64,000 nucleotides of DNA from Chrysomallon squamiferum (Eukaryota > Animalia > Mollusca): NCBI GenBank assembly GCA_012295275.1, contig CM022665.1, positions 11,656,001 through 11,720,000 on the forward strand, in the 5' to 3' direction. Within the stretch, counting starts at the first letter, position 1. Each line of letters opens with the position of its first letter. The notes beneath the pieces were generated by a model. That model saw only the letters and a program-made list of their open reading frames with translations, searched no databases and was not told where the DNA came from. Of this stretch, positions 1-15,300 are shown piece after piece. Made by a program: the position numbers and the translations under genes.

Positions 1-159
1 TTAACTTAACAGTGAGTCTTTTTATCACAGTTAGAGACTCCCTACTGAGCTCTCATTGCTCTAAGCAGCTGTAGAACTGTATGGACTCTTGTGTTCTGTT
101 CATTCCTCACCATTAAGTCATTAAACTTTGATTTGCTTATCTTGTTCTGCTAAAGGTTT

Positions 160-400
160 TGTAATTAGCATTTAAACAGCAAAATGTGTTTGTGGGTTTA
201 CTTATCATGTATCAGTATAGGACTGACAACTAATAAGTTTAATTTAAAAGCAAAATCTAAGTTTGCCTTTATTGTTTTATTCAAGGATTGGCAGTTATTA
301 GCATATGAATAGTAAAATGTGAATTTTGATTATCTTGGAAGGTTTTTTTTAATCAAAGTTTGATAATTAGCATTTGAATAGCAAAATACGAGTTTACATT
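160..400. repeat. Degenerate ~66-bp tandem repeat, 4 copies
   Basis: A taattagcatttgaatagcaaaat-like core occurs at ~163, 232, 295 and 364. Confidence 0.55.
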
Positions 401-3032
401 GCAAAAATACAAGTTGTCATTAATTAACATGTTCTTTTAAAATGTAGAAAATTGTTGTTTTTAAAAATCTGTTAAATTGAAGAGCAAGAATTTAAAGTTT
501 GTAGATTTACTAACATAGTGGCAGTCATTATTTATAAGGAAGTTAATAATCCAAGGATGTATGAATTCTAATGTCTAAAAATGTTTATATGTATACTGTA
601 AGAAACATTAATCAATACTTTATGTTTATATAATCATAAATAAAATAATACATGAATGTACATGTGCATGCATGTGAATACACACATAAGACAAAGACAC
701 TAAATACATATACATGCACATGTGCACATAATTACATTGCCATCAAAATATCCTCCAGATTTTAATTTATTTTTGCTACAGTGAAATTGGCTACAGTGAG
801 ATTTATCATTAATAAATTCCTTTGAACAATTCTGTTTTAAAATATAAATTATTGGCCCACTAGAACAACCAAACTTAATCAGATAATAAGATGTTCCTGT
901 TGTGTTCTCATTTGCTGATGACACAGTGCCAGCTTTACAGTATAATTATCAATGAACCTCTTTTTTTTTCATGAAGACAATCTCTTGGAAGAAGTAAGTA
1001 GTAAACATAAATGCCAGCATTTACTACAACATTGTTTACATTAATAGTAGTGTGTATGTTATCTTGCAACTGGTACAGCCTGCCACATTGGATTGATAAA
1101 AAGACTTGCTGAAGAAGATTCCAGCAGCTTTGGTTTCAAGCTTTAAGAAGAAAAAAAAAAAGGAAGAAAAATAGAACATTACTTTAGCTTATGCACCATG
1201 CAGTGAGCTGCAGTTAGTTGGCAAGAGTCACAATCCACTGCGTAGTAGTAGAGAAAGAGAAAAACAAATACAAACTGACAGTGTTTTCCTGGCAGGCGAT
1301 CTGTTCCATTACTCTACTACTACTACTACAACAGTTATTTTGTTTGTTGTGAAAGTGTTGCTTTTATAGCCACTATGTATTTTCCTCTGTTTGTTTAAAT
1401 CATGTATAATCATAGTTTATGGGTTTGAACCAGTTAGTATATTCAGATATCTACCATCTGCCTTGCATTCCATATCATAAATCTGAATATGTAAAAAAAA
1501 AAAAAAGAAAAGAATTTAAAAATAAAATAATTAGCTCTGATCATTATGAAAAGAATGAAATGAATTGTTGACATGTATTTCACTGGACATGTCCCCACCC
1601 CTTTCACCTTGACTTGGGTTGTTGTTGTGTTGTTGTTTTTTTCTCTTTATAAAGAAATTCAGTTTATCTTAAAGGTTATCCCATCATCTTTAAAAAAAAA
1701 AAAAAAAAATTACTTCCACCTCTGGTTATTTTGATGGAAATATTTCTGTTATCTAAAATAGTAAACTTTTCATAATGTTAATCAAGATATATCTATGTAA
1801 TTTTAGATAATATATGATTACTTCTTTTAGTTCTCTTTAGTGTACTAATAAAACATCATATTAGGTAAAAAATACATAAACGTTTACAATATTAAAAAAA
1901 CCTAAAAACTTATACTTGAGAAAATGTTTTTACCATAATATCAGTGAATTATAGATAAAAATGGACATAAAAGGCTAATCACATTAATTTTTTTTTTTTT
2001 TTTTTAAACAAATGTACATGTACACATGTGTTTATATTTTGTTGTTAGTACTACATAATCATCAGCACTTTAATTTAGAGTGCAAGGTAATACAAAACCA
2101 AAGGACATGATATTTTTCAAATTCAAAATGAAATATATGTGCAGGAATTAACACAAATGAATTGTGATAAATTTCATCATGATTTGAATCAATTGTAATC
2201 ACTGTTTTTTTAAAAGAATACTTAGATGTTTGAGAGTATATTATTTATATACCAATCTAGTGTAGGAATTTTTTAGTTTTTATTTTAATTTTTTTTTTTA
2301 AATATTTTAGTTTCTGATTCTGCTTAAGTTTAACATACAAACATCTGATTTACAGTGTATGTCTTTGTGTGTGTTGTGTGTGTCTGCATTTATGTGTATG
2401 TGTGTATGTTTGTGCATGCTTGGGATGGTTGGTATGTGTATATGTGTGTATGTTTGTGCATGCTTGGGATGGTTGGTATGTGTATATGTGTGTATATTTG
2501 TGTGTGTGTGTATGATGATAAACTGTAATTTAATATTGCCTTTCATTATGTTTTTAAAAAGATTTCTTCTTCTTCCTTCTCTCTCAATCTTTTTTTATTT
2601 TGTTTTGTTTTGTTAATTTGTTTCTTTCTTTAAAAAGAAAATAATAAAAAATTAAACGAGGTGGTATATGACCATGGCAGAATGACAGAATCTAACATTA
2701 TTGATTTTCCTTTGTTGCTTAATCACTCATTTCCTCTACTTAATTATGAAGAAAAAAAAAGCCTGAAGATTATTGACTAGATAGAGGTAATTGAAATAGG
2801 ATGTTATAATGAAGTCTTCAAGGTTACAGTGCAAACTATTTTGTCATTTTAAATTCCTTTCACGAAGACATTGATTGATTTATCTAATTTATTAATGTTA
2901 TGTGTTCTTTTTCCTGCTCTCTTTTTTCTTTCTTTTTTTAGCTCATGCATATTGTTTCTTACTTTCTATCTACAGGATTTCTTTTTTCTAAGTGAGTAAG
3001 TCTCTTATTCTCTGAATATATTTTTTCACCTA

Positions 3033-3105
<73 letters not shown>

Positions 3106-3469
3106 CTTTCTGAATGTATTTAAAGTGTTTCTGCAGGGGTTTTTTATCTTCATTTTCTCTGTAAGTGTGTTTGTGCTGACCCAAGTCAGAAAAATAAAAA
3201 CTGGAAAATTACAGCTGTTTAATTGATTCAAGACAAATGGAATATTACCAAATCCATAAATCATATAAAGTACAGTTCCCATTCCTTTCATAATAACCCC
3301 CTGTTAATTAATGATTTTTATGTTATAGTATGTTATAGTGTATGCTATAAAGATCCCTGCTATGATCTTTTTTGATTTTATTTCCAAAACTGTTGATGAT
3401 AATATAAAATATATAAAAGAAAAATTATATTGACTGTAACAGTACATTTTGCACAAAACGAAGCAGGTT

Positions 3470-3937
3470 GTTACTGCAGCAGAATGTTTTCTTTGCAAGA
3501 TGTAGTTTAAATAATTCAAAGGAGATGTACCAGTTACTGACAAAAAGATGATACACCTTTGTCCAGAGTAGAGGCATCAGATGTTCCAAGGATGTCCAGA
3601 ATTTACTGCTTCAGAAGGCAAGTTCCAGTCCATTTCTGCAGCACTTTGATCTCATCCAATGTAGATTCATAACCAATAAGTATATCCACTACTGTCATCC
3701 AGCAAAAAACTCTTGACACCAAACTGTGTCCATTTCAAAACATAATCTTTGCCAAATTAAGAGAATAAAAGTTTCAGGGGAGCTAATTCTTTTTGTTTTT
3801 AATCTGTTATTTTTCTTTCCTTTTTCTTTTTCTTTTTGCTATGCTGATCAAAACAAAAAGTGCTTAGCTGAGCTAAGCAGAAGGTATGTTGTTTTAGGAC
3901 ATATGGTATAATATCTACAGTGCAGTCAAGGGGTTAA
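3470..3937 (-). mobile_element. Degraded piggyBac-like transposon fragment
   Basis: The minus strand at ~3735-3470 reads (Q)FGVKSFLLDDSSGYTYWL*IYIG*...KVYHLFVSNWYISFELFKLHLAKKTFCC, resembling the piggyBac motifs KYGIK..CDS.TGY..F.IY.G and HLY.DNFYTS..LF..L....ACGT. A terminal ...CAAGGGG|TTAA end sits at ~3927-3937. Confidence 0.7.
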
Positions 3938-6090
3938 CTTTTTCATTTAATCTTTACAGTTTTTATTCTAAAATGCCATCTTTAGATTTATTTAAAACGA
4001 AATGTATGGAACGTTGTCCAGTTTCTAATCTGACAGTGCGTTGAGAAAAAAAGAGATATTCTCATTTGTTTTCTTTTTAATTTTAAAATGGTAATTTTCT
4101 CACCATTTTCTGATTAATAATATTGTTATAGTGTTGTTAGGTTAAATTAAATGTACTGAAGTAATTACCAAACTGTATAAAGAAGAATCCCTCATTTTTT
4201 AATTATTTCTTTTTCACATCTTTTGTCTTCAGAACTCAGTTACAATAATTTAAAAATAAAATGATTACTAATACTGAATGTTTTTAAATTTTTCTTTTAT
4301 TAATTCAATGTCATTTATTTTCAATTAGGATTTTTTAATTTGTTTTTATTTTAAAACTCCATTACCAGGTAAATTTAATATTGATTACTCTTTTGGTATG
4401 TTTTCCCCTCTTTATTGTGAGCTTATTTTCAAATTACAAAAATATATAATATGTACCAAATGGCATATTTAAATTTAATCAGATTTTATTGGATTTCCAG
4501 AACTGCTGACACATATATTTACCAATACAAAAATGTCCATAGCCTTGACTGTTAATAACAGAACTGTTTTTATAATTTTTTCTCTTTTTTTTTTTTTAAT
4601 AGCTGAACTTTGATAAATTATAGAAGTATTTTTACAGTAATCTTTTTTTCTTTATTGTTTTTCAATAGCTGGTAACAAGTAAGTGATTACTGAAGTGAAA
4701 ATATATTACATTTAACAGATGGTGTTGCTGTTCTGTATTTCAAATGTTGTGAGATATCCTGGCAGAGATTCAAACCAAATTAAATATGTAATAATATATA
4801 CCTTTTCCTTTGGAGAATATCTTGCATTTTATATGGGTATTATAATTTACATTATACACATACATATAGAGATAGACATCACTAATAAAAAACTGACTAT
4901 TAAAATTTGTATACAGATACAGTTTTCATTTCAAAGATTATTAATCTAAAAAATTCCATTTTATAAAGGGTTGACACATATGGAATAATGTATTTTGTAA
5001 TAAATGGAATTTTTTTTACAAATAAAATGAATAAAATTTTACATTCTACATTTTAAAATAATGTGCTGCTGCAAAATATTTTTGAAAGATGCAAGTATAC
5101 AAGTTAAATTTGCATTTACTAGCAGTGTGTGTGCCTCTATGCATGGTTATGTAAGTGTGTTTTCAGAAAAATGAATATAACTTTACTTGAACAATATGTT
5201 ACCATACTGAGATTCCACTTTTGTACAGCATATTCATCTGTTTTGAAAATGATATACTTGTAAAAGCATTCCAGTGGACATATTTTTCTAGATAATATAA
5301 TTCATCAAGAAAATTCTTCACAACAAAAAGTAATCATTTTCTGAAAACATAATTTTTAACTATTCAATAACAACAATACACAGCAAGTTTTAATCTATTT
5401 GTATATGTATCACCTTTGGAACTCAATAAAATACTTTTATATTAACCATATCTGCAGAATTATTTGATATCAAATATTTATCATTCCTGTGTGATCTTGA
5501 CTACCAAAAAAACACAGTAAAAAAACCCATTATAGCAAAACACACATCCGTAGAGACAATACTGTTAAACAAATTATGAAATTATTTTATAGAATGCAAA
5601 ACTAATATTCACCATACCTTAAACAGCAGGTCTTCTCTCTCTGATTGTGTTGTCCCAAGTTATTGCCTGAGATTTTCTAGATTGCCTAGTGCAGTTTGTA
5701 AAAAAGTTATTTTCTTTTTTACATTTTACGCACAAACTTGTAGTAAAATCTGATTTGCTCAGAAGCTATTTTGGGATTTTGCCAAAAAGATGAAAAAAAA
5801 AGTAGGAGTATTTATTTCTTACATGAAAACAGCTGATATTGGTGCACAAAATGCCTAAGGTGTACAGGTAAAAAAAAGAAAAAAGAAAAAAAACAGTGTG
5901 GAATCTATTTGGCTTACAGCCAGAAGAAAAATCTTCATGCAGCTGTCAGTTATTCTCAGAGGTCACTGGATAACAGATTTAAAAAAAAAAAAGATCTATG
6001 TTGATGCTTGGTAATAAGAACAAGCCCAGGAACATGGATCAGTTATACTTTGATAAAGATAGAATGTTTTAAAAAAAATATAGAATTTAC

Positions 6091-6300
6091 ATCCAAATGC
6101 CTGAATTAGTAGTGGTAGCATCCATGTGCCTGGATTAATAGCTTTAAATATCCAGCTGCATGGATTAGTGGTTATATTAGGTGCCTTAATTAATAATAGT
6201 TATATCCATACGCCTGGATTATTCATAGATACATCCAGGTGCCTACATTAGCAGCAGTTAGTCATTGCATGGATAAATAGTAGACAGATCCAGGTGGATT
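6091..6300. repeat. Degenerate ~30-bp minisatellite (ATCCAGGTGCCTGGATTAGTAGTAGTTAT-like)
   Basis: About 7 imperfect copies of atcca..tgcctggatta are visible. Confidence 0.65.
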
Positions 6301-9300
6301 GTTACATAGAGTTGAAATATAAAATTGTGTTATACCAATATGCCTGGTGCTTGGATCAAATGATAATTACAGAGGCAGAATCAACTATTTGATCTGGACT
6401 AGCCTATATACCTTGGTGCCTTGGTGTGGTGACAAGATTTAGGAAGACTGTCATATAGAAGAAGAATATGTAAACCCATGTAGGACATTCATGACCTTGA
6501 TCTGTAGAGAGAGAAAACTGGGCAACATACTGATCATTCTTGAACTAGATTGTCATAATGCTAACCATTCCTAATATATCACAAATAGCATTTCCACAAC
6601 ACTAGTGTTTTTGTGTACATCCCAGCTTACCTTTTGTTTTCATCCTCGTGTTTATATTCATCCTAAATGTCAACCAAACTTTCTTTGGGCACAAAAGTCA
6701 GATGATAGTTGTTTTGGGGTTTTTTTTTTTTAGTTTGTTTCTTTGTTTGTTTGATTTGTTAGTGAATTAGTAAGTTAAAACATTTTCTTAGAACCTGGCA
6801 ATAGGAATTCAGTTTTCTTGTTGGTGAGTTGGTCAGTTACTATACTGCTTTTAGAGTTGGGAATGATTGAAAGTATTACAGTAAGTAGAGCCTGGCTACA
6901 AGAGCCTAATGTTTCTTTTTAGAGATATATTTTAATACACATTACTAGAGCTTGCTATTAGAACTAAGGTTAGTGAGCTAGTGTGTTTGTAGGCATCTTG
7001 TTACTTACTAAGTTAACATACTGTTACATCATGGCAGTCATAGTCTAGTTTTATGTTAATGAGATAACATAATAAGCTGTTACAGTTGGTGAGTTAGTAA
7101 GTTAAAGGATTAGAAGACTGATCTGTTGTACAGTTGTAGCTATGTTTACACCTTATACAAGTAGAGATAAATATTGCTCTAACTAATTCATTCACAGTGC
7201 ATGAGAGAATTTGATTTAACATTAATGACAGTAATTTAATTTAAGTAAAAGTATTTTTTGTGTCATTAAATATTCATTCCTTCTTAGTCATTTTACAGCT
7301 TTCCTTCAAGGATGTGTATAAGGAAATCCATTCAGTTATGCAATTATAATAGAAGATATGCTTTATTTAATGGTGCAGCTGGTATATTTTTAATCTGATC
7401 CTGCAACTGTGCTCAAATCAGTTTATGTGTGTTACAGTCATTCATATCTGAACTGACATCATTATTGTATTTATGTATAATTTATCTGTAGAAATACGTT
7501 TTCCTTAAATAAAACTATTACTTATGTTAATATACACAATTTGCACAGTTTGATGATACTAATTAAACTTATTTAAAGTTACTGAATATGTAATGAAATT
7601 AAACGTGTATTTATATTTACATTAACTTTGATCAATACAAATTAATCAAATCCCAAGAATTTTAATTTATAAAATCAGGTGTTTATTTTTATATTTAGGT
7701 TTATTCACATAAATTGTCAATTAATCAATAAGATTAAAAATTGATATATATTTTTTTTAAATTATTATTTAATCAGATATATTTTATATATTCACGCAAA
7801 TAACTTGAGTAAATTTGAGCTCATCAAAAATATCTTATGAAACTGATGAAATCAGGTGGTTATTATTATAATTATATTTATGATTATAAACTCAAATAAA
7901 ATAATGTATATTCAGAGGTAAGTTCAGAAAATAAATTATATAATCTGGTATTTGTATATCATTATCAACTATGGCCACACCATCAAATCAAAACTATCAT
8001 CACAAAATTATTTTAATTTAAAAAATGAGGCATTTTTTTTTTTTCTTCATATTTAGATCAACTCAGATAAGTACTGGTTAATCAAGAATATCCTGATGAA
8101 ACTATTTCTTTGATGTTGGTACCACATTACCTTCAGATGGTGAGGTGTGTTCATTATTTTTCTAACACACAACCCAGCTACTGGAATTCCCTCATGTTGT
8201 AAGTTCATAGATTTTTTGAGATTCCAGTTTATGACAGACAACATCTGGATGTTATAATATGATTGGAGCTATGTGGAAGATACAGTAGTATGTGTGCATC
8301 ATCTGAAGAATTGTGCATTTGCATTAACTGGATGTTTTGCATCTATGTTACTAAGAACTTGTGCATTAAATAGTAACACCATTCCATATTTACATAATTG
8401 AGAGTGCAGTGCTAACAGTCAGCAGAGTGCAAGTTATACCATCCCTTCTCATTGTTTTGTTCACCTCAGTCCCAGTTATCTCATTATTAACTTGATGAAT
8501 AAAACATGCACATATGCTGCAAGCTTATTGACTGCATCGACAATAAGAATAGCAGCAGTAGCAACCCAAACCTAGAATAACAAAAACAGTACATATGAAT
8601 ACACATCCATACACACACATACAACGACATGCATACACACACATACACACACACACATACTTGCTTATTTGTACAGTATTATGGTAAAATATTTAATGAC
8701 TTCATCAAAACAACACTGGCAATAACGATAACTCAATAGAAACAATAAAGCAAACAATTACATTAACAAACACTCATCTGAATCCACATGCACACCCTTT
8801 GACACACACGCACACACACACCATTATAATTCTGTCAGGTATAAAACTTATTTTGTATTTTAAATTACCTACATAATTACACAAGACAGATGATAAATGA
8901 ATAAAATATCTAATGAAAGGTTTAATTCCTGTCTGTATGGAAAATACATTTTTGTAAAAAAAAAAAGGGCTTTGAGCAAACGAATGTTGTTTCACCTTCA
9001 GAACCTCATCTGTACATATTTTACATTTATTATTTTAAAATCGTTTTTGTAAAATTTTATTTTAAAATGTTTCTTTTTCTGTTATATTTAAAGCATTAAT
9101 AAATGAGAATATCAATTCAGTGCCAAATAACAGACAAAACTGAAAATATTTTCTGCAGCTGTGAAAATTAATGAAGTCTGATTTAATTTTTCATTTTATT
9201 TATTATTATTATTATTATTATTACTTCTTTTTTTTTTTTTTGGTATTTACACTGTTTTATTTTCTTAGGCTTTTATATTTGTCTATAAAATTTTATTGGA

Positions 9301-12300
9301 AGTGAAGCTGTGTTAAATAGTTTTCATTGGTTATATATCTTTCTTGAAATAGTTACAGTTCTGGCTTTCAAATAAGTATAAATATAAATATTCTTATTTA
9401 TATGTTTTCTGAAAATGTTTTTATTTATAAAATAATGTTATGAAAAATGACTTCCAAGAAATATGAAATTATTTAATGAGAAATTTGTTTAGTACATTTT
9501 TAAGTTCCCTTCTTGAAATATGTTTATGAATATTTCAGTCATATAATAGTTATTTTATTTTATTTTTTAAAATATTTTTAGGCAGTAATATTATTTATGT
9601 TTTATTTCTTACATACACACTGATAACTTGATAATAATATATATAACTGGACTTGTTTATATAATCTTGAAGAACAAGAAAATGATTGATAATGCATTTC
9701 TCTGCTTCATAATTGTTTTGAATGCTTATAAAATCAAATATTTTTACAGCTGAATATATAGCTCTTTTGACTGAATATGGTTTATGCAAGATAATAATGT
9801 GCTGATTATTTCCAAGATGTAAAATATAGGCTCTTTTTGTTAAAAACAATAGATATAGTTTTCAGTCTTGTTTACAATATTTGTTACAATGATATAATAA
9901 ATATAACCATAAATAATTTAAAAAAAAATAAATTGAAAATTAAAGAAGGCAATAAAGAATAAATATGGAAATATAAAAAAATATAAATTTTAAAATTTTA
10001 AAAATTAAAATATTAAAAAAATGCTTTTGATATTGTAAATAAAATCTTTTTCTTTTTGCTTTTTGTTTTAAAAATGTTTGTTTTCCATGGAAGTATTTTT
10101 AGCTTTATAAATGTGTTAAAAAAGTGACCTTTTCCATTTACATGTGAATTATTCTTTCACAAATTCTTTGCATATATATATGTGCATGCATGTGTGTGTA
10201 TGTGCATACATGCATAAGTGTGTGTGAATGAGTATTTTATTGTCTGATTATCAATTCATACAAATGTAAATGTAATTAACTTTACTGATCCTATACAAAC
10301 GTACACACGCACTCAGTGAACAAACTGTAAGATAAAGAACTGGGTAAGAAACTCAACATGAAACAGCTGCTAGGTGTGTGACCTGTGGCAAGATTACCTG
10401 AGCAGAGTCATTTGTAAAAAGCTCTGCAAAAGTCTTGGTAAAGGTGCTGACACAGTGAGATGATGCTGTTTTACCTACCCTCTATTGCTTGGGAGTGTGC
10501 CAGCATTAGCTAGATGTTGCCTGCATTTTTCTTTCATTATGTCAGTGTTCTAGTTTCCCCAGTGGCCCTCAGAAAGGTGAACAACAACAACAACAACAGC
10601 ATCAAAGTGTGAGCTGTGTACAGTAATTTGAAATAAATCACTGCCTATTTGCAAATTGTTGGTTCATTGATACTAATGTTTTTTTTTTTTTCTGACACGT
10701 TTAAATAATTAAAGTCAGAACTATAAGAAAAATTTTGCAGTTTTAATCCAGTTGCTTTTTCAGTTGAAAGTTTCAGATCCAGCATGGCCTAACCCACTCA
10801 AGACAATTTTTAAGATAATCAATACTGATGTTCTTAAAAATATATATATATATATCCATAGATTTGTTCATTGGTACAGTTGATATCAGCTACATCATTC
10901 AGGTGCTGATGAACCTTAAACCATCTGTCACTACAGGTCTATTATCAAAACTTATTTCTTTGAGTTATATCATTATGATTCTCATTCCATCTATTATAAA
11001 TGATGTAAAAGTTTTTTTTATTGGAAATTATTTAACTAATTATTTAACATTCAATCTGGGAACATAAGAAAATATATGTTTAATTATTATTATATTTAAG
11101 AAAAATATTCAAATGAATTACAATAATAACGACAAACAAAAGAAAATGTAAATAAATAAATAAATAATAAAAATAAATAAATTAAAAAGACCCACCAGTA
11201 CTAAATGAAAATGAATGTAACTTGATCACTGTTTCTATAGATTTCAAGTCATGCATTGATTAGCTACAGTCTAAGATACATTTCAGATATATGACCACTT
11301 TCTCTGAAAGGAACTAAAAGTAAGCAGTGCCTTTTAAATTCTTTAAACATCATGGCTATATTTATCAGTTTTGAAGTTCAGTATTCTTTGTCTACAGCTT
11401 TTATTATTATAGATAATCTGGCTGTAAAAAGATGCTGATATTTGGTTTATAATGCATGTCAGAACATTACATTTTTATATGTAACTTCACATCAGAGGAT
11501 AAACAGATTTGATATAAGGAAAATGAAAATAATAGCAACCTCTAAAATCAATATTTTATCGCGTGACATACATTAATTGTTAGTTTTGTTGTTGTTCATC
11601 TGCAGTTATGTTATGTAACAGTTCTATGTGTTATTAATTATTAATTAATAATGTCAGTGTACTAAGAGAAGTCATTATATTAATGAATCAGTAATAATAA
11701 TAATAATACTAAAAGAAACTGTTCTCAGTGGACAGTTATGTTAGTGTGTTGTATTTATTATTTAATTTTTCTCAATGGTTTGTATGTCTGTTTTTGACTC
11801 TGTGATGCCTGTTTTTCTCTCTATCCTTCTCTGTCTATCTGTCTCTTTTTCTCCACACTCATATACACACACAGAAACATATATAGGTCATTCTCAAGAA
11901 AGTGTGAAAATGTCAGTTAAAAAATTGAAAATGTTTTTTTCTTTTGTTTTTTTATATAGATTGCCACTAGATTTTGTAAATAAAGCAGAGACAACCACAG
12001 CAGTGATGTTTTCTACATTAGAATACATTATGTTACCATCACTTTTTTAACACACTAGCTCATAATATTGATTATGGACAAGAACAAAATAAAGTATAGA
12101 TGATGTCAGTATTAATAAATGAAGTTTCTTGAATTATATGTCTTCATAGCAACAGATACCAATAATTTTAATATTTACATTGTATTATCTCAGATTTTCC
12201 TAATTTTTTATTTTAGGTTTTGTGTCTTGTGGCAGTAATGATATTAACATTACAGTAATACTACAAACTACTCCATTTTCAAAATGTTTTCTGAACAGCA

Positions 12301-15300
12301 TATATCAGTGTTAGAATTTTAAATTGGGGAGACCAAACAACATTTATTATTGGACTAAACTTTTTTTCTCTTTTTTTTTTGGTCAAGACTGCTTATGACA
12401 CCCAGTTTATATAATGCACTGCACGTGAAAAATGCATGATCACCCAGATGGCATATACATGTGTCTGAATCCATGCTTGTTGGAGACAAAACCCAGAATA
12501 GGATAGTTTTGAAAAACTTTGAATATGAAATCTTAAGATCTGAAAGCTCAGTGCAGAATTTTAAATGCAGAATTTCAAGAAAGTCATTTGGTGTTCCAAG
12601 TTATTGTATCCTCCTTTCCTGGTTTTACTTAGATGTTACCATTTTTTGGAAGGTAAGTTGAAATGATGTTTATAACTTAAGATGTTCTTTTGGTAACATG
12701 AAGCTTATGTACACAACATGATTGCAAACATTTTCTTGAACAACCTACTGATAATTTAGCCATTTGAGGAAGGCAATATTTTTGTAGGAGCTTCCCAGTG
12801 ATGATTCTAGTAAATAACTGTTTTTGTTTATAGCCTTTTTTTCTTGATATTTATTCTTTAATTGTTGAAGCAAAGAATGGTGGAAAATAAAGTCCTTTGG
12901 ACAACAGATGTGACCAAACATGTCTTAAGCAAACATTCTTGGAAACAAATGTATCTGTTGTTCCATTACTTTTTTGAGAACAAGTTCTTGACTTTTTAAG
13001 AAGTTACAATCATTTTTTGCATTTTCCAGTTTTCTTTACTGCTGTCAGTGTTTTTATTTTTCTGTATGCTGTGGCTCTATCCTTTCTTACTTTTTTTGCA
13101 TCTAATCTTATTACTTGTGTTTGTCTCTGTTTAGCATGGTCCATTTCAGTTAGTGGCATTATCTAGATATCTGTCACAATTTTTATGCATGCTGGTGTGT
13201 GTGTATATGTGTGTGTTTGTGTATGTATATTATGTACATTTGTTGTTGTTGATGTACATTTGTAGTCATTACTGTCACTATTTTAGTGACTGCTGGTTTA
13301 GTGACAATAATCACACTAATGATAATGATATTTTTAGGTTTTTCACATTATTACTTCTTAGACTTATCTAACAGACAATAGCAGAATATTGCATCAATTT
13401 CATTTAATACTGTTTTCTCATAATTTCTTATTAAAATGATTTTCTTTTCATCTACAGTGTTCAGTAATGATGTGCAATAACCATACAAATGTCAGGTCAT
13501 ATGATTAGATATTTATTAAATAAATACTTAGACATGAATTATTTTTCCTCTCTTAAACATGGTGCCTGCAGTTGCTTTTGATCAGGGGATGCATTGTCTT
13601 TACCTTTGTTGGTAAACCAGTTGTCTTCCATATACTAAGTAAAGGTAATGATTAATTAACAAGGGACATGTTTGGTGGGGGCTTTTTATGAAACAAATAT
13701 TCAATAAAACATGTTTTTATTCATATGTTGGATACGATCCTATTCAGAAAAATTATTTAACAATCAACACAGTAATGCCTGTTGGAAATGAGACACAGCA
13801 TTTTGCATGATACTTGGCAAATTGTTATGCTACTTTTGCAAAAAATAAATATGACTTAGTGAACAAATAATGTGGTTCATAATGGTTTTGATATTCTTGT
13901 GATATTGTTTTGCTGCATATTTTTAATTCTCTTGAAGCATTAATATTTAATATTGTTATTGTTATTGAAAGGACATAAAATTCTCTAGTTAGTCCATTTC
14001 TAGGAGAATGACCCACATACCACGCAGATGTAATTTGCTAACATACACAAAGGCTTAAAGTTTGACATGTAACTAATTTCAGCCTTACCTTCAATATTAC
14101 ATCACATGACAAAATAACACAGTGTCGTGTTCTACCACCAGCTTATTGACAACAGCACCTTCCTCATTCCATCACTGTCACAGTGGATGTTGTCACAGAT
14201 GACATCCCAAACCTCGCAGATGTCATGTTAAGTTTATTAAGTGTCAGTCATTCCACATTGAAACACAGCACATGAGTCAACAGCTTGTATATCCCAGACA
14301 GTTTTGTATGGGAGAAAAATCAATCACAGGTCACCTTCAGTTTATATTTTACACATACATGTGTAATAAACAGCACAGTCTAAAACATCCTTGATATAGT
14401 AGTATTATAAAGTCATTCCTTTCCTATGACATGGTTTATTAAGGCAGGTTTAAGCTGTAGACTTACTGACTGTGAATAACATGTGATTGTTGGTTTGTAT
14501 GTCTGTGGGTTTTTTTGTTTTTTTTGTCATTCTGAACAAATCAATACATCCCAGCCAAGTTAATATTGATAAGTGCAAGGTTATTCATTAGATTGTTTAA
14601 TCATGAAAGTGGTTAATTGGTTACAGCAGCATAATGTTGTTTTAGCTGTAAATTGATTAATTTCTTGATCTTGTATTTTGTTTTGTTTCTTAGCTATTTA
14701 AAATTTGTATTGTTTTTATTATTAGTAATTATTATTATTGTTGTTGTTGTTGTTATCATCATCACCATCATCATTGTGAACCTTTTTGTAAACTAATTTA
14801 AAAACTTTGTACTTTATATTTTGAACTCTAATTATCAGTTAAAAGTATAAACCAGCTAATCCACATAAACAGTAAAATACTTCAGTTTGTTACAGATATC
14901 ATCTCCATATTTATTTCAAAACATATTATTACCCATTTCCATCAATGCCCTATGATGATACCAAACGAGTCAAATGTATGTTTTGCATTTCATGATTCTA
15001 TCATAATAAATGATTCTTGATACTAAATGGAAAAAAAAAAAAATAATAATAATCATATATTAGTGTTTTTTTATAAATATTATGTATCAGAAACATTTAT
15101 GTTGGAAAAATTAACAGAAAAATTGAAAAATTAATTCATACAGACCAGTGATGTTGAATAAACTTTATTTATAATTTTCAAATACTGAAAAAACAAATTA
15201 ATAAATGATTACTTAATCTGTTGTATTTACTAGCAAAACAAATATCACTACATCTTCAGAGCATGAACGGAATCACATTTATTTCAGTTATATAAATGAC

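Noticed and set aside
700-924. 74-aa Cys-containing minus-strand ORF
   Set aside because: It has an upstream in-frame stop, no convincing splice context and no recognisable domain.
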